From UHGV virus genome UHGV-0306558: DNA of 25,890 nucleotides; one strand, written 5' to 3'. The number at the start of each line of letters is the position of its first letter. Within the stretch, counting starts at the first letter, position 1. This document shows, in pieces, positions 1 through 9,580 of this stretch. The notes under the pieces were generated by a model. It was not told the DNA's origin, did not search any database, and saw only the letters and a list, made by a program, of their open reading frames with translations. The stretch is from a virus. A program made the translations under genes and the position numbers.

Positions 1-713
1 GCGTTCGGATTTTCCTGCGGTTTGAGTTCGCCGCCATTAGCGATGAAATCATGACGCTGGAAGTACGCTTCGCGCACCATAATATAAGGATCGGACGACT
101 GACGCAGCAGACCATCGGAATCCAACAACTGCGCACGAGTTTCTATCCCTTCAAGCGTCCATTTACCCACAGACATCGGCCAGGTCAGCCAGGAAAGAAC
201 CGGGTAAAGACCATCCGCCATATCACCACCGTCATCACGCAGCGTGAAGCTACCGTAGAACGGTAACTGGACGTAAGGCCCATAACCCACGCCATAATGA
301 CCAAGCGTACTACCGAAGCGGTGAGGTTCAGTCCGTTGCAGTTTCGGGTTCGCCATCCCTGCAACATCAATAAAACCGCCCATCCCCAAAATGGTGTTCA
401 GGAAAAAGCGGGTAAAGTGGACCATCCCCTGATAAGGGTCGCCCTGCAAGAAGTAGTTAACCATCACCGCAGGTTCTTCAAGGTTGCCAGTAAAGTTGCT
501 CAAACCGTTACGCGCCGGTTGCGGAACATAATCACGCCAGGCGACAGCGACCGGTCGAACAATATACGGGTCTAATACATTGAAGTTGAAGTTGTACATG
601 GTGCGGTTGAACCCTTCTAACGGGTCAGAACGCCCTTGCTGATCTGTACCGGAACTCGCACACCCCACCAGAAGCGTAGTTCCCAGAGCAAGCGCCGACA
701 GGCGAAGCTTCAT
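1..713 (-). CDS. mlaA: MlaA (VacJ) outer-membrane lipoprotein of the phospholipid-transport system; 3' end cut by window edge
   Basis: Minus-strand ORF with start codon at 713-711; N-terminus reads MKLRLSALALGTTLLVGC (signal peptide plus lipobox). Sits next to yfdC and argW as in E. coli K-12. Recognised from memory. Confidence 0.85.
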   Translation of the reverse strand, partial: MKLRLSALALGTTLLVGCASSGTDQQGRSDPLEGFNRTMYNFNFNVLDPYIVRPVAVAWRDYVPQPARNGLSNFTGNLEEPAVMVNYFLQGDPYQGMVHFTRFFLNTILGMGGFIDVAGMANPKLQRTEPHRFGSTLGHYGVGYGPYVQLPFYGSFTLRDDGGDMADGLYPVLSWLTWPMSVGKWTLEGIETRAQLLDSDGLLRQSSDPYIMVREAYFQRHDFIANGGELKPQENPN

Positions 714-1006
714 AAATGTCTCCCTGTTTTTTTATGGCTTATGCAGTTTGCCATCCATGACGGAACGATACCGTATCCGCCTGTTTAGGTGTGGGCGATT
801 GTAACAGCACGTCAACTGATGTCCAGACGCCCTGATTTGCTGATTTGATCATAGCCTGGTAATCGCCGCCCTGTAGGCTACTTGATTCTATAGAAACAGA
901 AAAAGGCAAACGCAGCCTTTTCTACATTTTCAGAGTAACTCCCGTCAGTTGCGAGCAAAAAAGCCGCTACGCTTTAGCTATACGTGCTAATTCAAGAGAA
1001 GAGACC

Positions 1007-1939
1007 ATGGACAACGACAAAATTGATCAACACAGCGACGAAATTGAAGTTGAGAGCGAAGAAAAAGAGCGCGGCAAAAAAATAGAAATAGATGAAGACC
1101 GACTCCCCTCCCGGGCGATGGCAATTCATGAGCATATCCGCCAGGATGGTGAAAAAGAGCTGGAACGCGACGCAATGGCGCTACTGTGGTCAGCCATTGC
1201 GGCGGGTCTGTCGATGGGCGCTTCGTTACTGGCAAAAGGGATATTTCATGTCGAACTGGAAGGTGTGCCGGGCAGCTTCTTGCTGGAGAATCTCGGTTAT
1301 ACCTTTGGTTTTATTATCGTCATTATGGCCCGCCAGCAATTATTTACCGAAAATACCGTGACTGCGGTACTACCCGTCATGCAAAAACCGACAATGAGCA
1401 ACGTCGGCTTACTTATACGGTTATGGGGCGTCGTGCTGCTGGGTAATATTCTCGGGACAGGTATTGCGGCGTGGGCATTTGAATATATGCCTATCTTCAA
1501 TGAAGAAACTCGCGATGCATTTGTCAAAATCGGCATGGATGTGATGAAGAACACCCCCAGCGAGATGTTTGCCAACGCGATCATTTCCGGCTGGCTGATC
1601 GCCACTATGGTTTGGATGTTTCCTGCAGCGGGTGCGGCAAAGATTGTGGTGATTATATTGATGACCTGGCTTATTGCCCTGGGTGACACCACCCATATCG
1701 TGGTCGGTTCTGTTGAAATCCTCTATCTGGTGTTTAACGGTACGCTGCACTGGAGCGATTTCATCTGGCCCTTCGCACTACCTACTTTAGCGGGGAACAT
1801 CTGCGGCGGCACCTTTATCTTCGCGTTAATGAGTCATGCACAGATTCGTAACGACATGAGCAATAAGCGTAAAGCAGAAGCACGCCAAAAAGCAGAACGT
1901 GCGGAAAACATTAAGAAAAATTATAAAAACCCGGCATAA
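1007..1939 (+). CDS. yfdC: YfdC, formate/nitrite transporter (FNT) family inner-membrane protein
   Basis: 310-aa ORF from ATG 1007 with several hydrophobic helices. Position between mlaA and argW matches the K-12 arrangement. Confidence 0.85.
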   Translation: MDNDKIDQHSDEIEVESEEKERGKKIEIDEDRLPSRAMAIHEHIRQDGEKELERDAMALLWSAIAAGLSMGASLLAKGIFHVELEGVPGSFLLENLGYTFGFIIVIMARQQLFTENTVTAVLPVMQKPTMSNVGLLIRLWGVVLLGNILGTGIAAWAFEYMPIFNEETRDAFVKIGMDVMKNTPSEMFANAIISGWLIATMVWMFPAAGAAKIVVIILMTWLIALGDTTHIVVGSVEILYLVFNGTLHWSDFIWPFALPTLAGNICGGTFIFALMSHAQIRNDMSNKRKAEARQKAERAENIKKNYKNPA

Positions 1940-2014
1940 ATGGCGAGGGTTTAAGCAATCGAGCGGCAGCGTACTTACCCCGCACTCCATTAGCGGGTAT
2001 ACTCATGCCGCATT

Positions 2015-2089
2015 GTCCTCTTAGTTAAATGGATATAACGAGCCCCTCCTAAGGGCTAATTGCAGGTTCGATTCCTGCAGGGGACACCA
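2015..2089 (+). tRNA. argW: tRNA-Arg (anticodon CCU); prophage integration target
   Basis: 75-nt sequence gtcctcttagttaaatggatataacgagcccctcctaagggctaattgcaggttcgattcctgcaggggacacca with T-arm GGTTCGATTCC, CCT in the anticodon loop and encoded CCA end. Followed directly by a phage integrase. Confidence 0.93.
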
Positions 2090-2250
2090 TTTATCAGTTC
2101 GCTCCCATCCGTACCAGTCCGCAAAATCCCCTGAATATCAAGCTTTCCGTAGATTTACAGTTCGTAATGGTTCGCGTCAGATCGTTGACAGCCGCACTCC
2201 ATGACGGGTAAAAAGTGGATAAAATAATTTTACCCACCGGATTTTTACCC

Positions 2251-3405
2251 ATGCTCACCGTTAAGCAGATTGAAGCAGCAAAGCCGAAAGAAAAACCATA
2301 CCGCCTTCTCGATGGTAATGGCCTGTACCTTTATGTCCCTGTATCAGGGAAAAAGGTATGGCAACTTCGCTACAAGATTGACGGTAAGGAAAAAATACTG
2401 ACCGTAGGAAAATATCCACTAATGACTTTGCAGGAGGCAAGAGATAAAGCATGGACTGCGAGGAAAGACATCTCGGTTGGCATCGATCCGGTAAAAGCGA
2501 AAAAGGCTTCGTCTAACAACAATTCCTTTAGCGCCATTTACAAGGAATGGCACGAGCACAAGAAGCAAGTCTGGTCTGTAGGATATGCGACTGAACTTGC
2601 CAAAATGTTTGACGACGACATTTTACCTATCATTGGCGGCCTTGAAATTCAGGATATTGAGCCGATGCAACTGCTGGAAGTAATCCGCAGGTTTGAAGAT
2701 CGCGGTGCAATGGAGCGAGCCAACAAAGCCCGCAGAAGATGCGGCGAGGTTTTCCGTTATGCTATTGTCACTGGTAGGGCTAAATATAACCCGGCACCTG
2801 ACCTTGCTGACGCCATGAAGGGATACCGCAAGAAGAACTTCCCGTTTCTTCCAGCAGACCAGATCCCTGCATTCAACAAAGCACTGGCAACATTTTCAGG
2901 AAGTATCGTATCGCTCATTGCGACCAAAGTTTTACGCTACACAGCCCTAAGAACGAAAGAGCTTCGTTCCATGCAATGGAAGAACGTCGATTTTGAAAAC
3001 AGGATTATCACTATCGACGCCAGTGTGATGAAGGGACGCAAAATTCATGTGGTTCCTATGTCAGACCAGGTGGTTGAACTTCTCACTACGCTAAGCTCAA
3101 TCACCAAACCAGTATCAGAGTTTGTTTTTGCCGGGCGCAACGATAAGAAGAAGCCAATCTGCGAGAACGCGGTATTGCTTGTGATCAAACAAATCGGCTA
3201 TGAGGGTCTGGAAAGCGGTCACGGATTCAGGCATGAATTCAGCACGATTATGAACGAGCACGAATGGCCCGCTGATGCTATTGAAGTGCAACTGGCACAT
3301 GCCAACGGCGGATCTGTGCGCGGGATTTACAACCATGCTCAGTATCTGGATAAGCGCAGAGAAATGATGCAGTGGTGGGCTGATTTCATTGACGGAAAAG
3401 CATGA
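2251..3405 (+). CDS. int: Tyrosine integrase, P4 family (IntS-like)
   Basis: ORF adjacent to the tRNA and transcribed away from it. Sequence from MLTVKQIEAAKPKEKPYRLLDG closely resembles K-12 CPS-53 IntS as recalled. Track start at 2215 is GTG; the ATG at 2251 is the likely start. Confidence 0.9.
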   Translation: MLTVKQIEAAKPKEKPYRLLDGNGLYLYVPVSGKKVWQLRYKIDGKEKILTVGKYPLMTLQEARDKAWTARKDISVGIDPVKAKKASSNNNSFSAIYKEWHEHKKQVWSVGYATELAKMFDDDILPIIGGLEIQDIEPMQLLEVIRRFEDRGAMERANKARRRCGEVFRYAIVTGRAKYNPAPDLADAMKGYRKKNFPFLPADQIPAFNKALATFSGSIVSLIATKVLRYTALRTKELRSMQWKNVDFENRIITIDASVMKGRKIHVVPMSDQVVELLTTLSSITKPVSEFVFAGRNDKKKPICENAVLLVIKQIGYEGLESGHGFRHEFSTIMNEHEWPADAIEVQLAHANGGSVRGIYNHAQYLDKRREMMQWWADFIDGKA

Positions 3406-3409
3406 ATCA

Positions 3410-3467
3410 TTAGCGCAAGACGAATCTTAACCTGTGATGATTTTGAGTTGTTTTGCGCTAATTTTTG
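3410..3467 (+). terminator. Candidate terminator for int: 9-bp inverted repeat plus T-run
   Basis: TTAGCGCAA (3410-3418) and TTGCGCTAA (3453-3461) are reverse complements, followed by TTTTTG. The 34-nt loop is long for an intrinsic terminator. Confidence 0.3.
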
Positions 3468-3496
3468 CCCCATCCATGCCCCATCACATCAATTTA

Positions 3497-5428
3497 TTAG
3501 TTTGTTAACACAGACCCACTTATGATTATTGCATTTGACGTACTGGTTATGTTTGGCATCCAAACCACACCGTTAGTATCGATCATCGCAGATCCATAGT
3601 TCGTACCAGCAGTATTCGAAACCTGTGCTGCACCTCCATATAACAGCCCTCCAAATGACGGAAGTGTCGTTTTTGATAGACCATGTTCACATGAAAGATA
3701 GTTTGTTGGCGACACTTTAACCGAAAAAGATACAATCTTATTATTTCTTGTAAATTTTCCTTCAATTAACGCACCTCCTGGAGCTGTCCAACCAGGGATC
3801 CCAGGTATAAAGTCGCGACAACTCAAATCTCCTGTAATTGTTAAATAGTTCTGAATCCAGGAATCAGAACCAGCTATTCCTTTTGTTAGTTTTTCTGAAT
3901 ACACATTAGTTATTTCTGTGTGCCCATTGACGCCTACAGCATTAATATCAGATGTCACATTACCTACCTGCGAATGTGATACTGGGTTTTCTATCAAAAT
4001 ATTACTATTGGCACCGGATGTGCCATCCAACTTAACCAGGGCTCCATCTATGTCTCCAGTAAGATTTCCATTCCCTGCGCCATATGGGGAGGTAAGAACT
4101 ACTTGAGAACACCCTGTAGTTAGATAAAAAACACCTAACTTATTTCCTTCCCCTGCGCAGTTGATAGCAGTAAACCCTTCAACAGAATGCAGTATATAGC
4201 CATACCCAGAAACTTCACTTCCTTCACTTGCACAAGTGTTCATAGAGCAATAGATACAATTTTGGAAATAGAAACAACCACCAATGCCATAACAGTTTTC
4301 AAACAGCAATGAAGTACATGCCGGTTGCACACAGAAAGAAGGGCCACCTCCATGCATCCACACTTTGCAATGAGAGATATTCCCCATGAAAGCACAGTCT
4401 GTGCCATCAGATTCCCCAAAGCGGATACCTTGCCCCCCAGGTCCAGTATCGGAATCCACAGTAATACCAGTTAATCTAAAATCATCTATTTTAGTCAGCC
4501 ATAAAGCGACTGACATCGAACTACCACCGGCACGATGCGATATATGAAAATCTTCTAAAACCAGACCTCTTACTCCCTTAAAAGTAATGGCACGCGAATT
4601 TTGCGGTATAGAATCAAAATTTAAATAGCAAAGGTTTTTAGTTTTGGCATTTGCCATATGATTATAAGAGCCAGTACCTGTTATTTTCAGGCTCGCCTCA
4701 TCATTAAAGTCAATAACAAGTGGTTTTGAAAATTTATATTTACCACTTAAACTAATTTCTTTACCCCGTGCAGCAGCGATGCATTTTGTAAATGCTTCAT
4801 GGCAATCAACGGTGTCAGTAGGATCTGCTCCCCACCATTCGGGTTTGTAGCTCCCTTCTATTACCCTCTTCCATCTCCTACCGGAAGCCCCAACCAAAAT
4901 GATTCCATCATCATCATCGCTCGTAGTGTCTGTATCATCTAAATAAAACCATCCTTCTCCGCCATCAAATGGCTCTAACCTCCCAAGGCAATATATTTTT
5001 TTTGATTTCTCAGAATAAGTTCTTATATCAGAAAAATACGCTCCTCCAACCAGCGTTGAGCCATAAACATCGGCTAGGCGACTTGTGAACTGATCCGGGT
5101 CGTACTTCAGAACATTCGGAAAATAGAACTGCTGCGCACCGTATGCATCATAAACAGCCATAGAATGGCCTTGCACAGTTACGAATTTGGCAATCTGTCC
5201 GTTATATACAGGATACCCGCCAGAGTTAATGATGATTGGCTGTGCAACAGGAACGTGAGAACCATCTTCGTTCTCTACATAAACCTGAATCTGGTTTTCA
5301 GGATTTACCGGATCAGTGTCAATTTTACCGATATAAATTTTGCCATTAGCTACGGCTTTAAAAGAGCGGGCCATAGTGAAGAGTTGCGAAGGCATCGATA
5401 CGATCACATTGGCTGTAATGTCTGTCAT
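3497..5428 (-). CDS. Tailspike protein: P22-type head-binding N-terminal domain joined to a divergent receptor-binding domain
   Basis: N-terminal ~110 aa ([13 protein letters not shown]...[24 protein letters not shown]...[15 protein letters not shown]...NVLKYDPDQ) match the P22 gp9 head-binding domain. The remaining ~530 aa do not resemble P22 gp9 as recalled; they are rich in G/S/T/N as expected for a beta-helix. Confidence 0.88.
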   Translation of the reverse strand: MTDITANVIVSMPSQLFTMARSFKAVANGKIYIGKIDTDPVNPENQIQVYVENEDGSHVPVAQPIIINSGGYPVYNGQIAKFVTVQGHSMAVYDAYGAQQFYFPNVLKYDPDQFTSRLADVYGSTLVGGAYFSDIRTYSEKSKKIYCLGRLEPFDGGEGWFYLDDTDTTSDDDDGIILVGASGRRWKRVIEGSYKPEWWGADPTDTVDCHEAFTKCIAAARGKEISLSGKYKFSKPLVIDFNDEASLKITGTGSYNHMANAKTKNLCYLNFDSIPQNSRAITFKGVRGLVLEDFHISHRAGGSSMSVALWLTKIDDFRLTGITVDSDTGPGGQGIRFGESDGTDCAFMGNISHCKVWMHGGGPSFCVQPACTSLLFENCYGIGGCFYFQNCIYCSMNTCASEGSEVSGYGYILHSVEGFTAINCAGEGNKLGVFYLTTGCSQVVLTSPYGAGNGNLTGDIDGALVKLDGTSGANSNILIENPVSHSQVGNVTSDINAVGVNGHTEITNVYSEKLTKGIAGSDSWIQNYLTITGDLSCRDFIPGIPGWTAPGGALIEGKFTRNNKIVSFSVKVSPTNYLSCEHGLSKTTLPSFGGLLYGGAAQVSNTAGTNYGSAMIDTNGVVWMPNITSTSNAIIISGSVLTN

Positions 5429-5485
5429 TTAATTTGCTCCAGATACAAGGAATCGCCGCAGCATGGCTACGGTGAATTTTGGGCA

Positions 5486-5510
5486 TAAAAAAACCCAGCC
5501 GAAGCTGGGT
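5486..5510 (-). terminator. Rho-independent terminator between ant and the tailspike gene
   Basis: On the minus-strand RNA: stem ACCCAGC, loop UUCG, stem GCUGGGU (5493-5510), followed by seven U (plus-strand A-run 5487-5493). Confidence 0.8.
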
Positions 5511-5528
5511 CGTTGCGTTGGTTATCTG

Positions 5529-6407
5529 TCAGTAGTTATGTACTGAAGGAGGTAATTCTTTATTCTTAAGTCTCATCCATGCGGAAAGATTCGTTGGTCC
5601 GTCTGGCTCATTGATATCAACATCTCGTGTGTGATTGATTAAAACGTCTCTCGCCATTCCGATAACATACGAGAACTCATGACCGTAGTCGTAGCATCTG
5701 CCGGAATAGTTCGATTGAATTTGTTTTAATGCCGGATACAGTTCGCGGAATAATGCCTGTGAACGGTTGGCATAATCCCATAACCATACAAGGCTGTTTG
5801 CTTCTTTTGCAGAAAGCTCGTTGGTTTTCTTCTCTTGTTTGCCGATAAATTCACCTTCAAGCACTACCCTGTGGATGTACTCTACGGCCAGCGGGATTTG
5901 TTCAATTGAAAGTTCATCAATGCTGTCAATACCAAAACGCTGATGAACCATATTGTATGCATCGTCATAGCGAAGTCCTTTCTTTCCTACCAGCATGTTT
6001 ACTGCATCTCGTAGCGGCGTTCTTTCCTCAACAGTGGTTTTCTTGCCTTTCACATACTCGCCATGTTTGCGAATTGAAGGTAGAACTTCTGCTGTTACCC
6101 ACTTGCGGAATTTGTGCGGGACCGAACCTTTATTGACAGCATCGCGGCAGCGCAGAACCAATGTATACATACCTGATTCGCTAACAATGCTTAGATTCTG
6201 CTCACCACCAAGGGTGTAACTTAAAGTTACTCCCTTTTCATCGTCATCAAGTGCAGTAAGCGCCTTGCGTGAGTTAGTCAGGGTTAAAGCATCACAAACA
6301 TCTTTTGCTACAAACCACGGCTCACCGCATTTGTTGATGACGCGGATTTCACTGTCGCCGAATTTGAAGATGGTGAAATCGTTTTGTGCCTTTGCTATAC
6401 TTTTCAT
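5529..6407 (-). CDS. ant: Antirepressor Ant (Bro-N/KilA-N-like N-terminal domain)
   Basis: [41 protein letters not shown]... Position downstream of arc as in P22 immI. ATG at 6407 follows AGGAAAT; the longer track ORF to 6473 is probably an N-terminal over-extension. Confidence 0.85.
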   Translation of the reverse strand: MKSIAKAQNDFTIFKFGDSEIRVINKCGEPWFVAKDVCDALTLTNSRKALTALDDDEKGVTLSYTLGGEQNLSIVSESGMYTLVLRCRDAVNKGSVPHKFRKWVTAEVLPSIRKHGEYVKGKKTTVEERTPLRDAVNMLVGKKGLRYDDAYNMVHQRFGIDSIDELSIEQIPLAVEYIHRVVLEGEFIGKQEKKTNELSAKEANSLVWLWDYANRSQALFRELYPALKQIQSNYSGRCYDYGHEFSYVIGMARDVLINHTRDVDINEPDGPTNLSAWMRLKNKELPPSVHNY

Positions 6408-6475
6408 GTCAATATTTCCTAATCCGATTTGTTGATACCGAAGCCCTGACTGTTCCCGCAGTTGGGGCTTCAACT

Positions 6476-6637
6476 TTACGCGCCAATGCGCCCTTCCTTC
6501 TTAAAGCTTTCCATTACTCTCTGATAAATCTCAGAGTTAACAGACCGACCATTCTCTTCCGCCACCTTGCGTACCAAATCCAATACTTCTTTAGGCCACC
6601 GCAAATTGAACTGCGGCATCTTGCTCATTCCTTTCAT
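6476..6637 (-). CDS. arc: Arc repressor (ribbon-helix-helix)
   Basis: 53-aa product [53 protein letters not shown] is essentially P22 Arc as recalled. SD GAGGTG precedes ATG 6637. Confidence 0.95.
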   Translation of the reverse strand: MKGMSKMPQFNLRWPKEVLDLVRKVAEENGRSVNSEIYQRVMESFKKEGRIGA

Positions 6638-6653
6638 ATTCACCTCACAATAT

Positions 6654-6670
6654 AGGTCCACCGTGGACCT
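6654..6670. promoter_or_regulatory. Mnt operator
   Basis: 17-bp dyad AGGTCCACCGTGGACCT, symmetric about the central base, lying between arc and mnt at the Pant start region. Confidence 0.85.
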
Positions 6671-6676
6671 ATTGAG

Positions 6677-6705
6677 AATATAGTAGAGTGCTTCTATCAT
6701 GTCAA
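6677..6705 (-). promoter_or_regulatory. Pant promoter with embedded Arc operator
   Basis: Minus strand reads TTGACA (6705-6700), 17-nt spacer, TATATT (6682-6677). The 21-bp Arc operator ATGATAGAAGCACTCTACTAT (6700-6680) fills the spacer, as described for P22. Confidence 0.85.
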
Positions 6706-6727
6706 TACACTAACTTGGAGTGATGGC

Positions 6728-6979
6728 ATGGCTAGAGATGATCCGCACTTTAACTTCCGTATGCCTATGGAAGTAAGGGAGAAATTAAAATTCAGGGCGG
6801 AGGCGAATGGGAGATCAATGAACTCCGAGTTGTTACAAATCGTCCAAGATGCTCTATCAAAACCATCGCCTGTGACTGGATATCGCGACGATGCAGAACG
6901 ACTCGCTGATGAGCAGTCAGAGCTTGTTAAGAAGATGGTGTTTGATACGCTGAAGGATTTGTACAAAAAACCCACCTGA
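6728..6979 (+). CDS. mnt: Mnt repressor
   Basis: 83-aa product MARDDPHFNFRMPMEVREKLKFRAEANGRSMNSELLQIVQDALSKPSPVTGYRDDAERLADEQSELVKKMVFDTLKDLYKKPT is near-identical to P22 Mnt as recalled. Divergent from arc; GGAG 8 nt upstream. Confidence 0.95.
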   Translation: MARDDPHFNFRMPMEVREKLKFRAEANGRSMNSELLQIVQDALSKPSPVTGYRDDAERLADEQSELVKKMVFDTLKDLYKKPT

Positions 6980-6997
6980 AGGTGGGTCCTATTTATT
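6965..6997. terminator. Bidirectional terminator between convergent mnt and lipoprotein gene
   Basis: Hairpin CCCACC-TGAA-GGTGGG (6971-6986) flanked by AAAAAA upstream and TCCTATTTATT downstream. Confidence 0.7.
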
Positions 6998-7415
6998 AGT
7001 CTTGCTTTGTTGATGGTATAAGAGATGCGTTTGCCTCTTTTGGCTTCAAGGTATACATTCCACCATTAAATGGATCTACAGCAAGCCAACCAATTAACCC
7101 ACCAAACACAAGGTTCCCACCAATATACCAACCATTAGCATTGGCTTTGATTGGCAGGGTAACTGGTTCATACCCATCCTTCTCCATAGTGATCTGGTAG
7201 TTCTTTTTGCCAAAATAGCTACCATCTGACTTGGCGAGCGTTACACCTTGTGGGGTCCTACCTTGCGCAACAATCACACCTGACTCATCTTTTACCTTAA
7301 AGCTCGCGCCAGAAGGATTGCTGTTCACTTGCACAAGTTGCGTTTCATCACCAACAATAGTTGCGCACCCAGATAACATCATAGCGCCAGCAACGACGCC
7401 AATAATCCTCTTCAT
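6996..7415 (-). CDS. Putative lipoprotein with PEGA-like motif; accessory gene in the P22 sieA slot
   Basis: MKRIIGVVAGAMMLSGC has a signal peptide and lipobox L-S-G-C. Downstream PSGASFKVKDESGVIVAQGRTP resembles a PEGA-type beta motif. Region is AT-rich relative to neighbours. Start at 7415 (ATG) preferred over 7427. Confidence 0.6.
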   Translation of the reverse strand: MKRIIGVVAGAMMLSGCATIVGDETQLVQVNSNPSGASFKVKDESGVIVAQGRTPQGVTLAKSDGSYFGKKNYQITMEKDGYEPVTLPIKANANGWYIGGNLVFGGLIGWLAVDPFNGGMYTLKPKEANASLIPSTKQD

Positions 7416-7532
7416 ATCAATTTCCATATTTAAAAAACCGGAAACATCCTAATGACAAACCATTCAAATGTGAAGTAGGCAAAAGATGTTTACTTTTTTC
7501 ATGGTATCCTGCTCAAAACTAAGGAGGTTGGT

Positions 7533-7721
7533 GTGAAGAAAAAATTTGTAAACGTTGCAAAGTGCGCAATTTTTATATTTTTTATGACCTTTTACGGATT
7601 TAGTGCCGGAGAAGGTTTCGATCGTGATGCCAATGCATTCAGTTTCTTTTGTCTGTCTATAGTGGTCATAATTGTATGGGTGGAATTAAAGCAAACATTG
7701 TTTCATGTGCTAAGGAAATAA
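7533..7721 (+). CDS. Small hydrophobic (two-helix) membrane protein, unknown function
   Basis: GTG start 5 nt after a strong SD (AAGGAGG, 7521-7527). 62 aa with two hydrophobic segments (CAIFIFFMTFYGF and FSFFCLSIVVIIVWV). AT-rich, antisense to the late operon, divergent from the lipoprotein gene. Confidence 0.5.
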   Translation: MKKKFVNVAKCAIFIFFMTFYGFSAGEGFDRDANAFSFFCLSIVVIIVWVELKQTLFHVLRK

Positions 7722-7738
7722 CCATCCATGGCATTTAG

Positions 7739-9580
7739 TCACTGCTGTGTTGCCTCAGTGGCAAGCAGCGGTCTGATGGCATTTGCAGCGTTACTTAATG
7801 CTCTTTCATAGGCTGGCGTTCCTGCTTTGGTGTTTGCCAGACGTAAGAGCGCATTCCTTGCTGCTTTGGACTCATACAAGCGCATCATTGCACCGAAACC
7901 AGCCTCAATCCCCATTGATACGCCAAGAGTCGCAGTTGCGCCAATCGTCCTTATCCTGTTGGCTTGTGATTGCCCCGTCTGAGTTACTACATTTGCGGTG
8001 TCTGACCTTGCTGTTTGCTGTAGAACTTCATGAAGAGCATCAAGCTCTTTCATGTGCTTTCCAGAAAAAATAGTGTTGTAAATTTCACCGCCTGACTGAG
8101 ATTTCAGCTTATTAACTTCAGTGATGAACTTGGCTGGAGAGACACCGGCCTTTTCCGCTATTTTGCTGACGTAAGCTGCACGCATAGCATCTTTCCCTTT
8201 ATCATCCTGTGCGCTCCATATTCGTTTCACGTCAGATGGTTTTCTGCTTAATACAACGGTATTTATAAGTTCAGGGCTGGCTTCACTGCTTGCCTTGTTG
8301 AGTTTGTTAGCAATGTTTTTATTAAGCACCTTATTATAAACGTTTGCATAATCAGAATTTGCTTTAAGGTATTTTGCTGCGTCTGATGCACCGAGGTTTT
8401 TTGCAACTGCGTTACGAAGGTCTTTTGACATTGCATTCTCTACCATATTGGTAGCTGCTTTTGCCTGGTTGGGGAAGACCATAGCATCTCCCTGAACATT
8501 AGATCTAAATGCCGTTCTGTGCTGACGCAAGAGATCAAACGTAACATCCAAATCAGTTGCAGGGTTTGCTAATTCTTCACGTAGGTTACGCAAGGATGTA
8601 AGCAGGCTTTGATTGGCAGACGTCCCAAGTCGTTCCTGTCTTGCGATCGCTGTATTCAGAGCATTCATGGTATTTGTGGTATCAACTGCGGCATTACCCA
8701 TTTTATTGGTGATGTCATTGATAACAGCGCCAGCGGCATCCTTCCGCCCCCTTAACGTGGTGGTCAGAGATTTCACCACATCATCAGGGTTGTACTCACC
8801 AAAACGGTCAAAATAATTGCTTACCAGCTTACTACGCGTTGCATATTGCTCCGCTCTCTTTGAGCCTGTCCCGAGCAAAGCCCCCTCGGAATCCTGAGTA
8901 AGGCCGCGAGTGAAAGCATTTTTCGGCGGGATAACATCAGATGTCATTGGTGTCACGCCCATCGATTCTGATGTGGCAATTTTCTTCGCCACTTCTGGCG
9001 CAATATCACCTTTTATAGCCGTTATTCCACGCCCTATTCCCTTTGCTGCTGCGGAAAGAACACCCTGAGCGGCAAGGTTAACTCCGGCATTTTTAGCTGC
9101 ATTTTGTGCGAAATCGCCTTTCTGATTTGCGGCCTCTGCCAGTGATCCAATAGCCATGCTTCCTGCCGTTCCAACTCCTGGAACTAAATACCCACCAATT
9201 GTTTCACCTGCTTGTGCGTAGGGGTCTGTCGGTCTGTCTACTGGACGATAAACATCATCCAATACTTTTGGCCCACCAAGCCCCTGACTGATTGCATTAA
9301 TCAGACTTGCGCCACCCTGCAATACGTCAAATGGTATGTTTACCAGACCACGACCAGCCTGCTCTGCAATTTGCCCTGCACTTTGACCACCAGTGATCCA
9401 ATCGCCAGCTTGTTGCATCAATGATGGTTCTTCACGTGCTGGTTCATTATTGGCCTGATTAACTGTTTGTTGCTGAACAGCCTGACCAGCAAAATACTCA
9501 TCAATGGCGGTGCCAATATCTTCCGTGCTCGTACCATCAGGGAAGGTAAATGTCTTACCGTTTGCAGTTACTTTCATCAT
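7739..9580 (-). CDS. Ejection (injection) protein, P22 gp16-like
   Basis: [32 protein letters not shown]... recalled as P22 gp16. Start overlaps the stop of the upstream gene (ATGA). Confidence 0.88.
   Translation of the reverse strand: MMKVTANGKTFTFPDGTSTEDIGTAIDEYFAGQAVQQQTVNQANNEPAREEPSLMQQAGDWITGGQSAGQIAEQAGRGLVNIPFDVLQGGASLINAISQGLGGPKVLDDVYRPVDRPTDPYAQAGETIGGYLVPGVGTAGSMAIGSLAEAANQKGDFAQNAAKNAGVNLAAQGVLSAAAKGIGRGITAIKGDIAPEVAKKIATSESMGVTPMTSDVIPPKNAFTRGLTQDSEGALLGTGSKRAEQYATRSKLVSNYFDRFGEYNPDDVVKSLTTTLRGRKDAAGAVINDITNKMGNAAVDTTNTMNALNTAIARQERLGTSANQSLLTSLRNLREELANPATDLDVTFDLLRQHRTAFRSNVQGDAMVFPNQAKAATNMVENAMSKDLRNAVAKNLGASDAAKYLKANSDYANVYNKVLNKNIANKLNKASSEASPELINTVVLSRKPSDVKRIWSAQDDKGKDAMRAAYVSKIAEKAGVSPAKFITEVNKLKSQSGGEIYNTIFSGKHMKELDALHEVLQQTARSDTANVVTQTGQSQANRIRTIGATATLGVSMGIEAGFGAMMRLYESKAARNALLRLANTKAGTPAYERALSNAANAIRPLLATEATQQ

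Noticed and set aside
2074-2089. Search for a second copy of the argW 3' end (attR) to delimit the prophage
   Set aside because: No second copy of the tRNA 3' segment is visible within the window. The prophage right end must lie beyond 25890.
2215-2250. Integrase start at 2215 as in the ORF track
   Set aside because: Codon 2215 is GTG. The ATG at 2251 gives the IntS-like N-terminus MLTVKQIEAAKP, and the upstream repeats then fall in the leader.
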